Shown here: piece by piece, positions 1 through 8,867 of the stretch
Position numbering within the stretch: the first letter of the stretch is position 1
Layout of the letters: every line of letters starts with the position of its first letter
DNA from: a virus
Lineage: Duplodnaviria; Caudoviricetes
DNA: 64,000 bases
IMG/VR virus record: IMGVR_UViG_3300047157_000186
Reading direction: 5' to 3' (one strand)
Translations under genes and position numbers: made by a program
The notes under the pieces: generated by a model
Database searches by the model: none
Told to the model about the DNA's origin: nothing
Seen by the model: the letters and a program-made list of their open reading frames with translations, nothing else

Positions 1-1
1 G

Positions 2-355
2 AACATTGATCTTGACCAACCACATGATGCTGTAATTAAGATGGCACAAATGTTAGATGCAGCTGGACACATGATTGTTATTTTTAGTGGAAGATCTAAA
101 GCCACTAAAGATGCTACTACAGCTTGGTTAAAAAAGTTTGATGTACCATTTAATGTATTGAAAATGAGACCAACTGGTAAAGATTTTAAGTTTATGCCAG
201 ACGATGATCTTAAAAAGAAATGGTTTAACGACTTATTTCCAACACAAGATCATGTTGACGATGTAGTTTGTGTATTTGACGATAGACAAAAAGTAGTTGA
301 TATGTGGAGAGATATGGGTTTAACTTGTATGCAAGTTGCACCTGGTAATTTTTAA
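2..355 (+). CDS. HAD-family phosphatase similar to the 3'-phosphatase domain of T4 polynucleotide kinase (5'-truncated by window edge)
   Basis: Frame is open from base 2. Motifs VIFSGR, LKMRP..D..K, VFDDRQKVVDMWR..G..C.QVAPGNF. Confidence 0.8.
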   Translation, partial: NIDLDQPHDAVIKMAQMLDAAGHMIVIFSGRSKATKDATTAWLKKFDVPFNVLKMRPTGKDFKFMPDDDLKKKWFNDLFPTQDHVDDVVCVFDDRQKVVDMWRDMGLTCMQVAPGNF

Positions 356-366
356 AATAAAACAAT

Positions 367-651
367 ATGAAATTCAAAGATTTAAAATTTAAGAAACAAC
401 ATCACGGTGGCATCGGAGCTACTGCAAAATTTAAAGATGTTACAGTAAGTATTCAAGCTGGTAAGTTTGTTTACAGTACTCCACGCGAGGACTTAAGTAG
501 TGCTAGTAAATTCAGTTCATTCGAAGTTGCTATATGGGAGAATTCTGAGGAAGGAAGTTTTGTCACTGATAAGTTTTTAGACACTAATGACGAAGTTGCT
601 GGATGGACTGGTAAAGATGACATCGATAATCTTTTACAGAAACTAAGTTAA
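367..651 (+). CDS. hypothetical protein
   Basis: 94-aa ORF, A-rich leader, tightly packed with neighbours. Confidence 0.7.
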   Translation: MKFKDLKFKKQHHGGIGATAKFKDVTVSIQAGKFVYSTPREDLSSASKFSSFEVAIWENSEEGSFVTDKFLDTNDEVAGWTGKDDIDNLLQKLS

Positions 652-881
652 TGGGAATAGAAGGATTATTTTTAACAATTTTCTTAGGAGCATTTGCATT
701 CGTAATGGGATGGATGAAAGGATGTGAAGACGAGCAATCGAGAATTAGAGAAGCTTTCAGATCTGAGGACTACACATATAGTGGGTTTTTAGATGTTCTA
801 GAAAAATACGAACAAGAGAAAGAAGCTGCTAGATATTGGGCTAAACACGAAAAAAAGAAAAGAAAAAGAAAAAACAAATAA
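651..881 (+). CDS. hypothetical protein with N-terminal transmembrane helix
   Basis: Hydrophobic N-terminus LFLTIFLGAFAFVMGW, basic tail, stop/start overlap. Confidence 0.65.
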   Translation: MGIEGLFLTIFLGAFAFVMGWMKGCEDEQSRIREAFRSEDYTYSGFLDVLEKYEQEKEAARYWAKHEKKKRKRKNK

Positions 882-882
882 T

Positions 883-1245
883 ATGATTAAGGATATACAA
901 CCTCAAATTCCCTTAACCAAAGACGAAAGGGGTAATTTACAAATTGACAACGAATTCGTAGATCTTTTTTATAAAGAAACCGAAAGAAATTGGAAACTAG
1001 TAAGAGAGCGAGATGGTATGACTAAGTATTCGAGAGATGTATTATGGGTGGAGTGGCAAGAAGATGGTACATTTAAGGAGCAGTTTAAGGAGATTGCAAT
1101 AGGAAGAAGTTTGATTATGTCACCATTCAATGAATATTATACGTGGATGACAACAGTGTTAACAGAGATTTTAGGATCTGATGAAACTTTTGTTAAATTT
1201 AGAACTAACAATTCAATATACACATTATACAAAACAAATGAGTAG
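883..1245 (+). CDS. hypothetical protein
   Basis: 120-aa ORF in a packed operon. Confidence 0.7.
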   Translation: MIKDIQPQIPLTKDERGNLQIDNEFVDLFYKETERNWKLVRERDGMTKYSRDVLWVEWQEDGTFKEQFKEIAIGRSLIMSPFNEYYTWMTTVLTEILGSDETFVKFRTNNSIYTLYKTNE

Positions 1246-1831
1246 ACAATTTACATGGTGGCGCAGATTTCACGGAGTTGTTAAATTGCCCAAGAAATAT
1301 TTATTTAAAGGTGCAAGTGAGCTTCAACAAAGAATAGAATTTGGTGAATATGAATTCAATCATTTGGGCAGAGAAGTATACTTAGAAGAAAGTATTTACG
1401 AAGCTAAAGTTGAGGCTATTAAAAAGGAAAGTCCTTGGTTAAATGGTGAAACTTTAATTGAAGCTATAGATTATGATAGAAAACAATATAATAAGCGTAA
1501 AGCTATTATGATGAAAAATCATTTAGAAACAGAGCAAAAACTTCTTTGGAAATTGGCTGAAGATTTAGCCAAGGAATTTGACATGACAAAAGAAGAAGTG
1601 TCAGATATAATGGAAATATTTGATGGCAGCACTAGAGATTTATATTTTAAATGTAAAAGTATTGCGTTAGGTAAAAAGTTTGATCCAGAAAAAATGCAAA
1701 GATTTGTCAACGAGCAACCTCGACACATTCTAAAACCTAAAGAAAGAAAATACATTAAGCTTTGGACTAAATTAATTAAAGAACATAATTGGAAAAGGTA
1801 TTTAAACTGGGAACAATTAAACAATTCATAA
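1238..1831 (+). CDS. hypothetical protein
   Basis: ORF track starts at 1181; ATG 1238 (MSRQFTWW) overlaps the upstream stop and has an A-rich leader, so it is the likelier start. Confidence 0.65.
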   Translation: MSRQFTWWRRFHGVVKLPKKYLFKGASELQQRIEFGEYEFNHLGREVYLEESIYEAKVEAIKKESPWLNGETLIEAIDYDRKQYNKRKAIMMKNHLETEQKLLWKLAEDLAKEFDMTKEEVSDIMEIFDGSTRDLYFKCKSIALGKKFDPEKMQRFVNEQPRHILKPKERKYIKLWTKLIKEHNWKRYLNWEQLNNS

Positions 1832-1849
1832 AAACCACATATAACTTAA

Positions 1850-2053
1850 GTGACTATTAACACACTTTCATATTATCTTTTATTTGGTGTCATTGTAAAT
1901 GCACTATATGATTTCTTAATTTCTACAATAGACAGAGAGGATTTAAGATTTAATATGCTAGAAAGAATTTTAGTGGGTCTCTTTTGGCCAGCATATTTGG
2001 TACTACTTACTATTAACTTTATAATAAACTATATAAATGGAAAAAACAAATAA
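1850..2053 (+). CDS. small membrane protein
   Basis: GTG start, two hydrophobic segments. Confidence 0.55.
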   Translation: MTINTLSYYLLFGVIVNALYDFLISTIDREDLRFNMLERILVGLFWPAYLVLLTINFIINYINGKNK

Positions 2054-2969
2054 TTACGGATATTGTTGTATCAATACTACTTTACAGAAATCTGAAAAAG
2101 TTACTACTAATCGTAGCATGATTAAACGTACGTTTGCAGCTAAAGGTATTGAGTATGCATCAGAGCTTGCATTATTAAATGTAAAAGATTTAGTTAAAGT
2201 AATTAATTGGAATAATCGTAATGGCATCAAACTCTTTCGTATTAGTTCTGACATGTTTCCATGGATGAGCGAGTATGAATTGTCTGATTTACCAGATTAC
2301 AATAAAATTGTGAATGTTCTTAAAGGTGCTGGTAAAATTGCAATGGATAATGGCCAACGTTTGACATTCCACCCTGGCCCATTCGATGTATTGGCATCGC
2401 TTACACAACGAGTAGTTGACAAATGTATTATTGATCTCAACAAACATGGTGAAATTATGGATTTACTTGGTTTACCAAGAGATCACTCTGCACCAATCAA
2501 TATACATGTCAATACCACACAAGGTGGTAAAGAAGAAGCAATGCAAAGATTTGTGGATAATTTCAAATTACTTGACGATTCTGTACGTACTCGATTAGTT
2601 GTAGAAAACGATGACAAAGAAAGTCAGTACACGACTGAAGATCTATACGAAGGCGTATTCAGTAAAGTTGGTGTTCCTATCACATTTGATTATCATCACC
2701 ATTGGTGCCATCCAGGTGTATTATCGCAAGAAGAAGCACTTAAACTTGCAGCTAAATCATGGCCAAAAGGTATCAAACAATTAGTACATTATTCTTCATG
2801 TCAACAATTACATGAAGACGAGACTCAAACGAATAAGCGTGCGCATGCAGATTATATTTATGAGTATATAGAAACATATGGCCTGTATCTGGATATTGAG
2901 TTAGAAGTAAAAGCAAAAGAATTGGCTCTACAAAAATATTTGAAACAATATCAATTAGAGTTAGTATAA
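2037..2969 (+). CDS. uvsE: UV damage endonuclease (UVDE/UvsE)
   Basis: GYCCIN, FRISSDMFP, RLTFHPG, INIHV, RLVVENDD, FDYHHH, HYS, HADY, EVKAKE motifs. Confidence 0.93.
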   Translation: MEKTNNYGYCCINTTLQKSEKVTTNRSMIKRTFAAKGIEYASELALLNVKDLVKVINWNNRNGIKLFRISSDMFPWMSEYELSDLPDYNKIVNVLKGAGKIAMDNGQRLTFHPGPFDVLASLTQRVVDKCIIDLNKHGEIMDLLGLPRDHSAPINIHVNTTQGGKEEAMQRFVDNFKLLDDSVRTRLVVENDDKESQYTTEDLYEGVFSKVGVPITFDYHHHWCHPGVLSQEEALKLAAKSWPKGIKQLVHYSSCQQLHEDETQTNKRAHADYIYEYIETYGLYLDIELEVKAKELALQKYLKQYQLELV

Positions 2970-2988
2970 CCATTATAAAAATTAGTAT

Positions 2989-3195
2989 ATGAAAAAAATT
3001 AAAAATGTATTGAGAAAATTGTCTAACAGAGCAGTTGGTGTACAAGGAACATTATTCTTGGTATTTGCCATTGTATCATTAATTGCGGGCCAAGAATCTA
3101 CTAGATTTTGGATGTTTATGATAGCATCAATCGTATTTAGTGCATTACAGACAATCATTGATCAATTAAAAGAATTAAATAACAACAAATTATGA
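2989..3195 (+). CDS. small membrane protein
   Basis: Two hydrophobic helices in 68 aa. Confidence 0.6.
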   Translation: MKKIKNVLRKLSNRAVGVQGTLFLVFAIVSLIAGQESTRFWMFMIASIVFSALQTIIDQLKELNNNKL

Positions 3196-3437
3196 GTTTA
3201 AAAGTAGACGCTCTTAGAGCTAAGTATGTCGCTATGAGATTAGAGGCAATTGCAACATTAGAAGTGTATTCTAAAAATGCAGTGGGAATTGGTGAACACC
3301 CACAAGTCATTGAAGAAATGGATAAATTAGTAAGAACAGTAGCCGATGCAAATGGGTATATAGAAGTTCTAGATCAAATTTTCGTTGATAGCGATGAAGG
3401 TACACAAGTAGGCAAAACCGGTCAAGTAAACGGTTAA
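3192..3437 (+). CDS. conserved phage hypothetical protein
   Basis: AVGIGEHP motif, which I recall from marine T4-like phage small proteins. Confidence 0.65.
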   Translation: MSLKVDALRAKYVAMRLEAIATLEVYSKNAVGIGEHPQVIEEMDKLVRTVADANGYIEVLDQIFVDSDEGTQVGKTGQVNG

Positions 3438-3457
3438 CAAAGTCTCAACTAACCATG

Positions 3458-3489
3458 AAAATGAGGTTCTAACGAACCTCATTTTTTTT
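3458..3489 (+). terminator. Rho-independent terminator, possibly bidirectional
   Basis: aaaatgaggttc-taac-gaacctcatttt stem-loop followed by a T run, right after the 3437 stop. Confidence 0.85.
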
Positions 3490-3515
3490 GCTTTAAAGTG
3501 CAGTTAAATTTAAAT

Positions 3516-3524
3516 GATATATAA
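3516..3524 (+). promoter_or_regulatory. putative late promoter motif GATATATAA
   Basis: Recurrent motif; the G lies 12 nt before ATG 3528. Confidence 0.6.
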
Positions 3525-3527
3525 TAC

Positions 3528-4226
3528 ATGAAACATATTAGAACATATGAAAGTTTTATTGGTGAAGGAAGATCTGCATATGACGGATTAGCTTCTAAAT
3601 TAACTAAAGCTATATTCAATAAATGGGTTAAATCATATAAAGGCGGGAACGCTACAATAAATTATGGAGACCAAATTGAAGAGAGAGGTTTAGAGTTTGA
3701 TATTGAAGCTACTATTGATATTGATAAAAAATATGAAGGATTTCAAGTATTAGATTCAACAGGTGCCGATGGCAGAGACGATGATGATCACGGTGACTTT
3801 CAAACACCTTATATTATTATAGACTTTGCTTTAAATCCTGAGTGGATTCCAGGAGAATGGTCAACAGTATATTTTCATTTAGCGGATGTTGTTCGCCATG
3901 AAATGGAACATATTACACAAGATGGGATTGACACTGGAAATTACAGAAACGGCAAACCTAATGAAGACGATAGTGAACTAAGAGCCTATATAAAAATGGG
4001 ACTTTTACCAAAATCTCAATATCTAATGTTACCTAAAGAGGTAGATGCTAATTTACAAGGATTAAGATATGAGGCTAAGAAGAGAAAAGAAAACATGAGT
4101 GATACTGTTCGTAGATATTTAGATACGCAACAGGAACAGGGTGTTATTAACGACGAAGAAAGAGAACAAGTATTAGATCTTTGGAGACGAAGAGCAGCAA
4201 AAATAGGAGGTATACCTAAATTTTAA
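3528..4226 (+). CDS. putative capsid-internal zincin metallopeptidase-like protein
   Basis: HExxH (RHEMEH) plus a downstream E (PKEVDA); N-terminus MKHIRTYESFIGE resembles a capsid-targeting leader. Confidence 0.6.
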   Translation: MKHIRTYESFIGEGRSAYDGLASKLTKAIFNKWVKSYKGGNATINYGDQIEERGLEFDIEATIDIDKKYEGFQVLDSTGADGRDDDDHGDFQTPYIIIDFALNPEWIPGEWSTVYFHLADVVRHEMEHITQDGIDTGNYRNGKPNEDDSELRAYIKMGLLPKSQYLMLPKEVDANLQGLRYEAKKRKENMSDTVRRYLDTQQEQGVINDEEREQVLDLWRRRAAKIGGIPKF

Positions 4227-4227
4227 T

Positions 4228-4683
4228 ATGAAATACATAAAACTATTCGAAGAGTTTACAGCAAACAAGGTATCTTGTGATAACTGTGGTTGGTCTTGGG
4301 AAATAGAAGACGGTGGACACGATGTGTTTATTTGTCATAAATGTAATCATGATAATACACCTATTTTAGGAGAACAATTTATCTTACAGGAATTAGAAGA
4401 TCAATTCAATATAGAATTAGATTTATATGATAACGGTAAATACTTACAACTTAGTAAAATAAAAATACAAAAAGAGGACCGAAATAAAGGAATCGGTTCT
4501 AAGGTTATGTCAAGAATTACTGACTATGCCGACACACAAAATTTAAAAATATATCTAACACCTTCTAAAGATTTTGGAGCAACTTCTATTTCTAGATTAA
4601 ATAAGTTTTATAAAAACTTTGATTTTGTCAAGAATACAGATAAAAGCCAAACTAAAGATACTATGGTTAGATTACCAAAATAA
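4228..4683 (+). CDS. zinc-ribbon plus GNAT acetyltransferase, putative capsid-internal protein
   Basis: CDNC..CHKC ribbon; acetyl-CoA motif RNKGIGSKVM and LNKFYKNFDF; N-terminus MKYIKLFEEF. Confidence 0.75.
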   Translation: MKYIKLFEEFTANKVSCDNCGWSWEIEDGGHDVFICHKCNHDNTPILGEQFILQELEDQFNIELDLYDNGKYLQLSKIKIQKEDRNKGIGSKVMSRITDYADTQNLKIYLTPSKDFGATSISRLNKFYKNFDFVKNTDKSQTKDTMVRLPK

Positions 4684-4693
4684 TAAAAACAAC

Positions 4694-7654
4694 ATGAGCA
4701 ATTTTAACGATTTCCTAGGAATGCAAGCCGCAAAACTAAACATGACAAGAGAAGAGTATACTGCATACTATTTGTCAGAAGCAAAACCTGGTCCAAAACC
4801 ATATCACAGAGGATTAGATGACGATGAGATTGAAGATAAAAAAGATCAGATAAAAAAACAATCAGACATGGATGACGATGATTCTAGTGCATATAAAGAA
4901 ATGCCAGGTGATAAAGAAGCTAGAGAAAAAGGTGAAGTTAAAACATCTAAGCATGTAAAGAAATATCATGAATTATATGGTGATAAAAAAGATGAGTCAG
5001 TGGATGAAGCAACATTCAGACCAAACTCAGGTACTATGAGTGGAGGTACATATACTTTAGATAATAGAAAATATAAATTAAAAAAAGATATTGAAGGTGT
5101 TCAAATTGGTAATTATACAAATATAGTGTTACCAAAGGGAACTATTATATACAACATTCCGGGCGGTGTGTTTGCAGATCACCCTTCATTAAAAAGATAC
5201 GAGAACGGAAACAACAAATATTTTAACAAACCAACATTTAAGGGAATTTCTATTATAAGAAAAGAGGAAACTATCTTTTCAATAGATAAAAATTCAAAGA
5301 TATTAGAATCAGTAGTTACTGAAGCTAAAGCATATAAGTTAAAAGCTTCTGAATTCGGTGGAGATACACACTCAGCACCGTACAACGTAAAGGGCGAACC
5401 TACATGGAGAGTTCATAGTACTTATGCTATTGATCAAGTATCTGGAGAAAATGATGCAAGTGAAAGAGACGTAGTTTTCTTTGAAGCAATGCCTATTAAT
5501 AATGACATATACATTAAGATTGGTGGAATCAATAACCTTAAAAGAACTAATGGTTCTACATACGGTAATAACTTTGGCACTACTATTGAAGAATGGAAAA
5601 AGGATCCAAAGAGAATTGCAAAAGAAGCTTCCGAGTTTCTTACTGATGCAACGCATCTTAAATGGATAAACAAAAAAGCAAGAAGTCAGGGTCAAACAAT
5701 TAAATGGGCTTTGAAGGACGATTACTCTAGTGTGATTGTAGATCTAGTTAATAAATCATTAGGTCTTACTGAATCTCAAGTTAATGAGTTTTATTTTGAG
5801 AAAGATGAAGAAGAAAGATTACAAAAATTTGTAGATCAACTTTCTTTTGGAGATGAACTAGAATACAGAGATGGTTTTTCTACAGGTCGTGGAAGCTTTC
5901 CAAATACAAGACAACTTAAAAATGAATTAGATTCTAATTTTCAATTATTACTAACTCAAAAATCAGGTAGAAATTGGGATCTTTATGTTGGTAGTGATGA
6001 TTTAGTTTTTCTTATACAGCCAGATTTAGGTGCAAAGAATTATATGCAAGTTTCAATAAGTAGTACTAAAGAACAATGGAACGATGAGTCTAGTGTTTTT
6101 GCTAGATCCAATGGATATTCAGTATATGAATCAGTAGTTAACGAAAGAGCTAAACACACATCAACTGATTTTTCTAAACCAGGTAATGATGGTGATATTT
6201 ACTTTTCAAAAAGAGAAGGTGATGCCGTCGGCGTTAGATTAGGAGATAAATTACAAATGATTTATGTTTTTCAAGAAGAACCTAAATTAGGAAGAATTCA
6301 AAAAACTGATAAACGTTGGGAAAACATGGGTCCAGCTTCTGAAGAACTTTTAATTGATTTAAGAGGTAGAGAAGAAGGTAAAATATTATTTGACTTTGTT
6401 TCAACTCTTGAAGAATCAGTAGTTAATGAAGAAAAGATTAAATATGCTAAAGGAAAAACATATCAATCTTCTGGTCATTGGACTGTACAAGTTGATAGTA
6501 ATTCAAGTATGTGTGATATTAGAGTAAATCATTCAGCTGGTTGGAGATTAGATCCACATGATGATAGAGAAGAAACTTGGGAATTATTAGATAATGGAAG
6601 ACAAAGAGCTACAATATATTTTAAATCTGGTAATATTGATAAGTTTGCTAAACAGATGTTTGATCTTAATGATAGAACAACTTGGGGTAATAAAACAAAA
6701 TTAACTGCTAAAGATTATGCAGATATTATTAGAGTTTGGATCGATATGAAAATGGCTAATGAAGGTAATTATAACTTAGAAGATATTTATGATTTAATAG
6801 CACATCACAGATTTGATAAAGATTATAAAAAACTTTCTTCTAAAGACAGAGAGTGGATAGAGAATGATGCTGAAGAAAGAGGATTCGTAGAATCTTTATC
6901 ACCCAGATTTTTTAATTCTTTATTAGTAAAGTTAAACGAAGATTTAATTACAGAAAGTAAAGTGCCTAATTTTAAATTCGGTATGAAAAAACAATATGAC
7001 GCTGATGATATTAATCAAATGTATGGTTTTTGGGGAACTCTAGATGTTCATATGGACACTTATGAAATTGAAGAAATATGGAACGATGTATGGGGAATAT
7101 TGACAAGGGGTTGGAAGTTCTCAGATGCTGGAGCGCTATATTATCTAAACGCAAAAGCTGGTAGATGGTTAGCAGATAAAGTATGGAACGATATTAATTC
7201 TCAGATTTCTCAACCAGATGCCATTGATATGATTTTATCTGATTATGCTAGACCATCTAAATGGAAGGCATGGTCAAAAGAATATAATACATTTGCTCAG
7301 GAAGAATTGGCAGAATGTGTTATTCTAGAAAAGGCTGAAGGCGATAGAGGTCCAATCAGTGATCCTAAAATTGAAAAAGCACTTAAGACAAAATCAGAAG
7401 AAACTGGTGTGCCAATTGGTATCATTAGAATTATTATGAGAAGAGGAATGGCAGCATGGAAAACTGGTCATAGACCTGGTGCAACTGAACAACAATGGGG
7501 ATATGCTCGAGTAAATGCATTTTTAACAAAAGGTAAAGGAACTTGGGGAGATGCTGATAAAGATGTCGCTAAAGAAGTTAGAGATGAAGGTCATGATGAC
7601 GGGTTAAAGGAACAGAATTACTTTGATCAATCACACAGAAAACAAAATATATAA
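4694..7654 (+). CDS. modular putative internal-head polyprotein with repeated ESVV(T/N)E-type linkers
   Basis: ATG 4694 is preferred over TTG 4619. Linkers at 4994, 5306, 5771, 6128 and 6413; C-terminal RGMAAWKTGHRPGATEQQWGYARVNAF (DUF5824-like, from recollection). Confidence 0.7.
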   Translation: MSNFNDFLGMQAAKLNMTREEYTAYYLSEAKPGPKPYHRGLDDDEIEDKKDQIKKQSDMDDDDSSAYKEMPGDKEAREKGEVKTSKHVKKYHELYGDKKDESVDEATFRPNSGTMSGGTYTLDNRKYKLKKDIEGVQIGNYTNIVLPKGTIIYNIPGGVFADHPSLKRYENGNNKYFNKPTFKGISIIRKEETIFSIDKNSKILESVVTEAKAYKLKASEFGGDTHSAPYNVKGEPTWRVHSTYAIDQVSGENDASERDVVFFEAMPINNDIYIKIGGINNLKRTNGSTYGNNFGTTIEEWKKDPKRIAKEASEFLTDATHLKWINKKARSQGQTIKWALKDDYSSVIVDLVNKSLGLTESQVNEFYFEKDEEERLQKFVDQLSFGDELEYRDGFSTGRGSFPNTRQLKNELDSNFQLLLTQKSGRNWDLYVGSDDLVFLIQPDLGAKNYMQVSISSTKEQWNDESSVFARSNGYSVYESVVNERAKHTSTDFSKPGNDGDIYFSKREGDAVGVRLGDKLQMIYVFQEEPKLGRIQKTDKRWENMGPASEELLIDLRGREEGKILFDFVSTLEESVVNEEKIKYAKGKTYQSSGHWTVQVDSNSSMCDIRVNHSAGWRLDPHDDREETWELLDNGRQRATIYFKSGNIDKFAKQMFDLNDRTTWGNKTKLTAKDYADIIRVWIDMKMANEGNYNLEDIYDLIAHHRFDKDYKKLSSKDREWIENDAEERGFVESLSPRFFNSLLVKLNEDLITESKVPNFKFGMKKQYDADDINQMYGFWGTLDVHMDTYEIEEIWNDVWGILTRGWKFSDAGALYYLNAKAGRWLADKVWNDINSQISQPDAIDMILSDYARPSKWKAWSKEYNTFAQEELAECVILEKAEGDRGPISDPKIEKALKTKSEETGVPIGIIRIIMRRGMAAWKTGHRPGATEQQWGYARVNAFLTKGKGTWGDADKDVAKEVRDEGHDDGLKEQNYFDQSHRKQNI
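4994..6430 (+). repeat. dispersed in-frame direct repeats encoding the ESVV(T/N)E linker, locus 1
   Basis: gaatcagtagttactgaagct 5306-5326, gaatcagtagttaacgaa 6128-6145, gaatcagtagttaatgaa 6413-6430; degenerate copies at 4994 and 5771. Confidence 0.85.
7646..7654 (+). promoter_or_regulatory. putative late promoter motif variant AATATATAA
   Basis: Followed by TACATG exactly as at 3516 and 53398; starts 12 nt before ATG 7658. Confidence 0.5.
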
Positions 7655-7657
7655 TAC

Positions 7658-8344
7658 ATGAAGTATATTAAATTGTTTTTAGAATCTGAAGTCAGAGATG
7701 ACGATACTTACAGCGATTATCCAGAAGCGGCAAAGAAAAATGCTCAAATGGCAATCGATTGGAAAGAAAAGTATGGTCGCGAAGAAGTGGACGCTGGAAC
7801 TGCAGTTGGTTGGGCAAGAGCACATCAATTAGCTAAAGGTGAAAACATATCTGGAGATACAGTAAAACGTATGGCTTCATTTAATAGACATAGAAAAAAT
7901 TCATCTATTAAACCTGAATTAAAAGAAACTCCATGGAAAGATAAAGGTTATGTTTCTTGGTTAATATGGGGTGGAGATGAAGGAGTTGATTGGGCAATGG
8001 AACTATCTAAAAAGATGAGTAAAGTTGAAGAAATGGTTAGTGTTTTATCTTTAGATCAATTTATTCTAGAGAAAAAGAAAAGTAAACCAAAAACAGATAA
8101 AGAAAAAATAAAAGATCTTTCTAAAAAACAAAAGAGTTTATCTAAGAAAAACAAAGATTTTATTGAGAAAATAAATAAGATGTCTAAAGATAAATCAAAA
8201 GAACCAGCTGATAAAATAGAAACGGCATTGTTAAAATCACAAATGCAACAAACTTCTGTTGATGGCATGAAAATAGCTGTTCAAAAAAACCAATTAGCTT
8301 TGAAAGCAAAGCTAAAGACGATTAAAAAAAGATCAAAGGCATAA
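7658..8344 (+). CDS. putative capsid-internal protein: conserved phage domain plus Lys-rich C-terminal module
   Basis: MKYIKLFLESE leader; GTAVGWARAHQLA..RMASF..RH..WLIWGG domain; internal SLDQFILE followed by a basic region. Confidence 0.65.
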   Translation: MKYIKLFLESEVRDDDTYSDYPEAAKKNAQMAIDWKEKYGREEVDAGTAVGWARAHQLAKGENISGDTVKRMASFNRHRKNSSIKPELKETPWKDKGYVSWLIWGGDEGVDWAMELSKKMSKVEEMVSVLSLDQFILEKKKSKPKTDKEKIKDLSKKQKSLSKKNKDFIEKINKMSKDKSKEPADKIETALLKSQMQQTSVDGMKIAVQKNQLALKAKLKTIKKRSKA

Positions 8345-8348
8345 TAAT

Positions 8349-8831
8349 ATGAAATATATTAAATTATTTGAATCATTTGTAAATGATAAAGAGATCAAGG
8401 ACTGGGAAAAAGATAACGGTAAACTACCGATTCCCAAGAAGATCATAGAGATATCTAAGGATATGGCAAAGGAAGGTTTTATTAGAAAAGATACTAAGGC
8501 GGTTCAAGCTAAATTATGGATTGGATTAGAAGGAATTTCATGGATAGAAATGAAGCAAAAGTTTGGAGATATAGTAGGTAAATTTTATGGTGGAGAATTC
8601 TATAATGCTATGACAAACCCTATGGCAGAAAAATCAGCCTATTATGCATATGAAGTTTCGAAGCATGTTAGTGATATGGTTGCTAATGAAGAATCAGTAG
8701 AACCTGCTTACTATCTAATGAAAAATTATTTTAATTCATTTGGATTAAATATTAACAGAAATAAACTTTTCGACAGAGCAGAAAGAGAACTAGATGCATG
8801 GATGAAAAACAACAAAATAGAAACGTTATAA
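8349..8831 (+). CDS. putative capsid-internal protein
   Basis: MKYIKLFESF leader, 160 aa. Confidence 0.6.
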   Translation: MKYIKLFESFVNDKEIKDWEKDNGKLPIPKKIIEISKDMAKEGFIRKDTKAVQAKLWIGLEGISWIEMKQKFGDIVGKFYGGEFYNAMTNPMAEKSAYYAYEVSKHVSDMVANEESVEPAYYLMKNYFNSFGLNINRNKLFDRAERELDAWMKNNKIETL

Positions 8832-8839
8832 TATATTAA

Positions 8840-8848
8840 GATATATAA
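8840..8848 (+). promoter_or_regulatory. putative late promoter motif GATATATAA
   Basis: Intergenic copy upstream of ATG 8868. Confidence 0.55.
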
Positions 8849-8867
8849 TAAAAATCAACAACACAAC

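Noticed and set aside
1182-1210. TGAAAC promoter element
   Set aside because: Lies inside coding sequence, with no TATAAT-like hexamer at 17-18 nt.
4619-4693. TTG start at 4619 for the 1011-aa ORF
   Set aside because: It overlaps the upstream gene by 65 nt; ATG 4694 has a normal A-rich leader.
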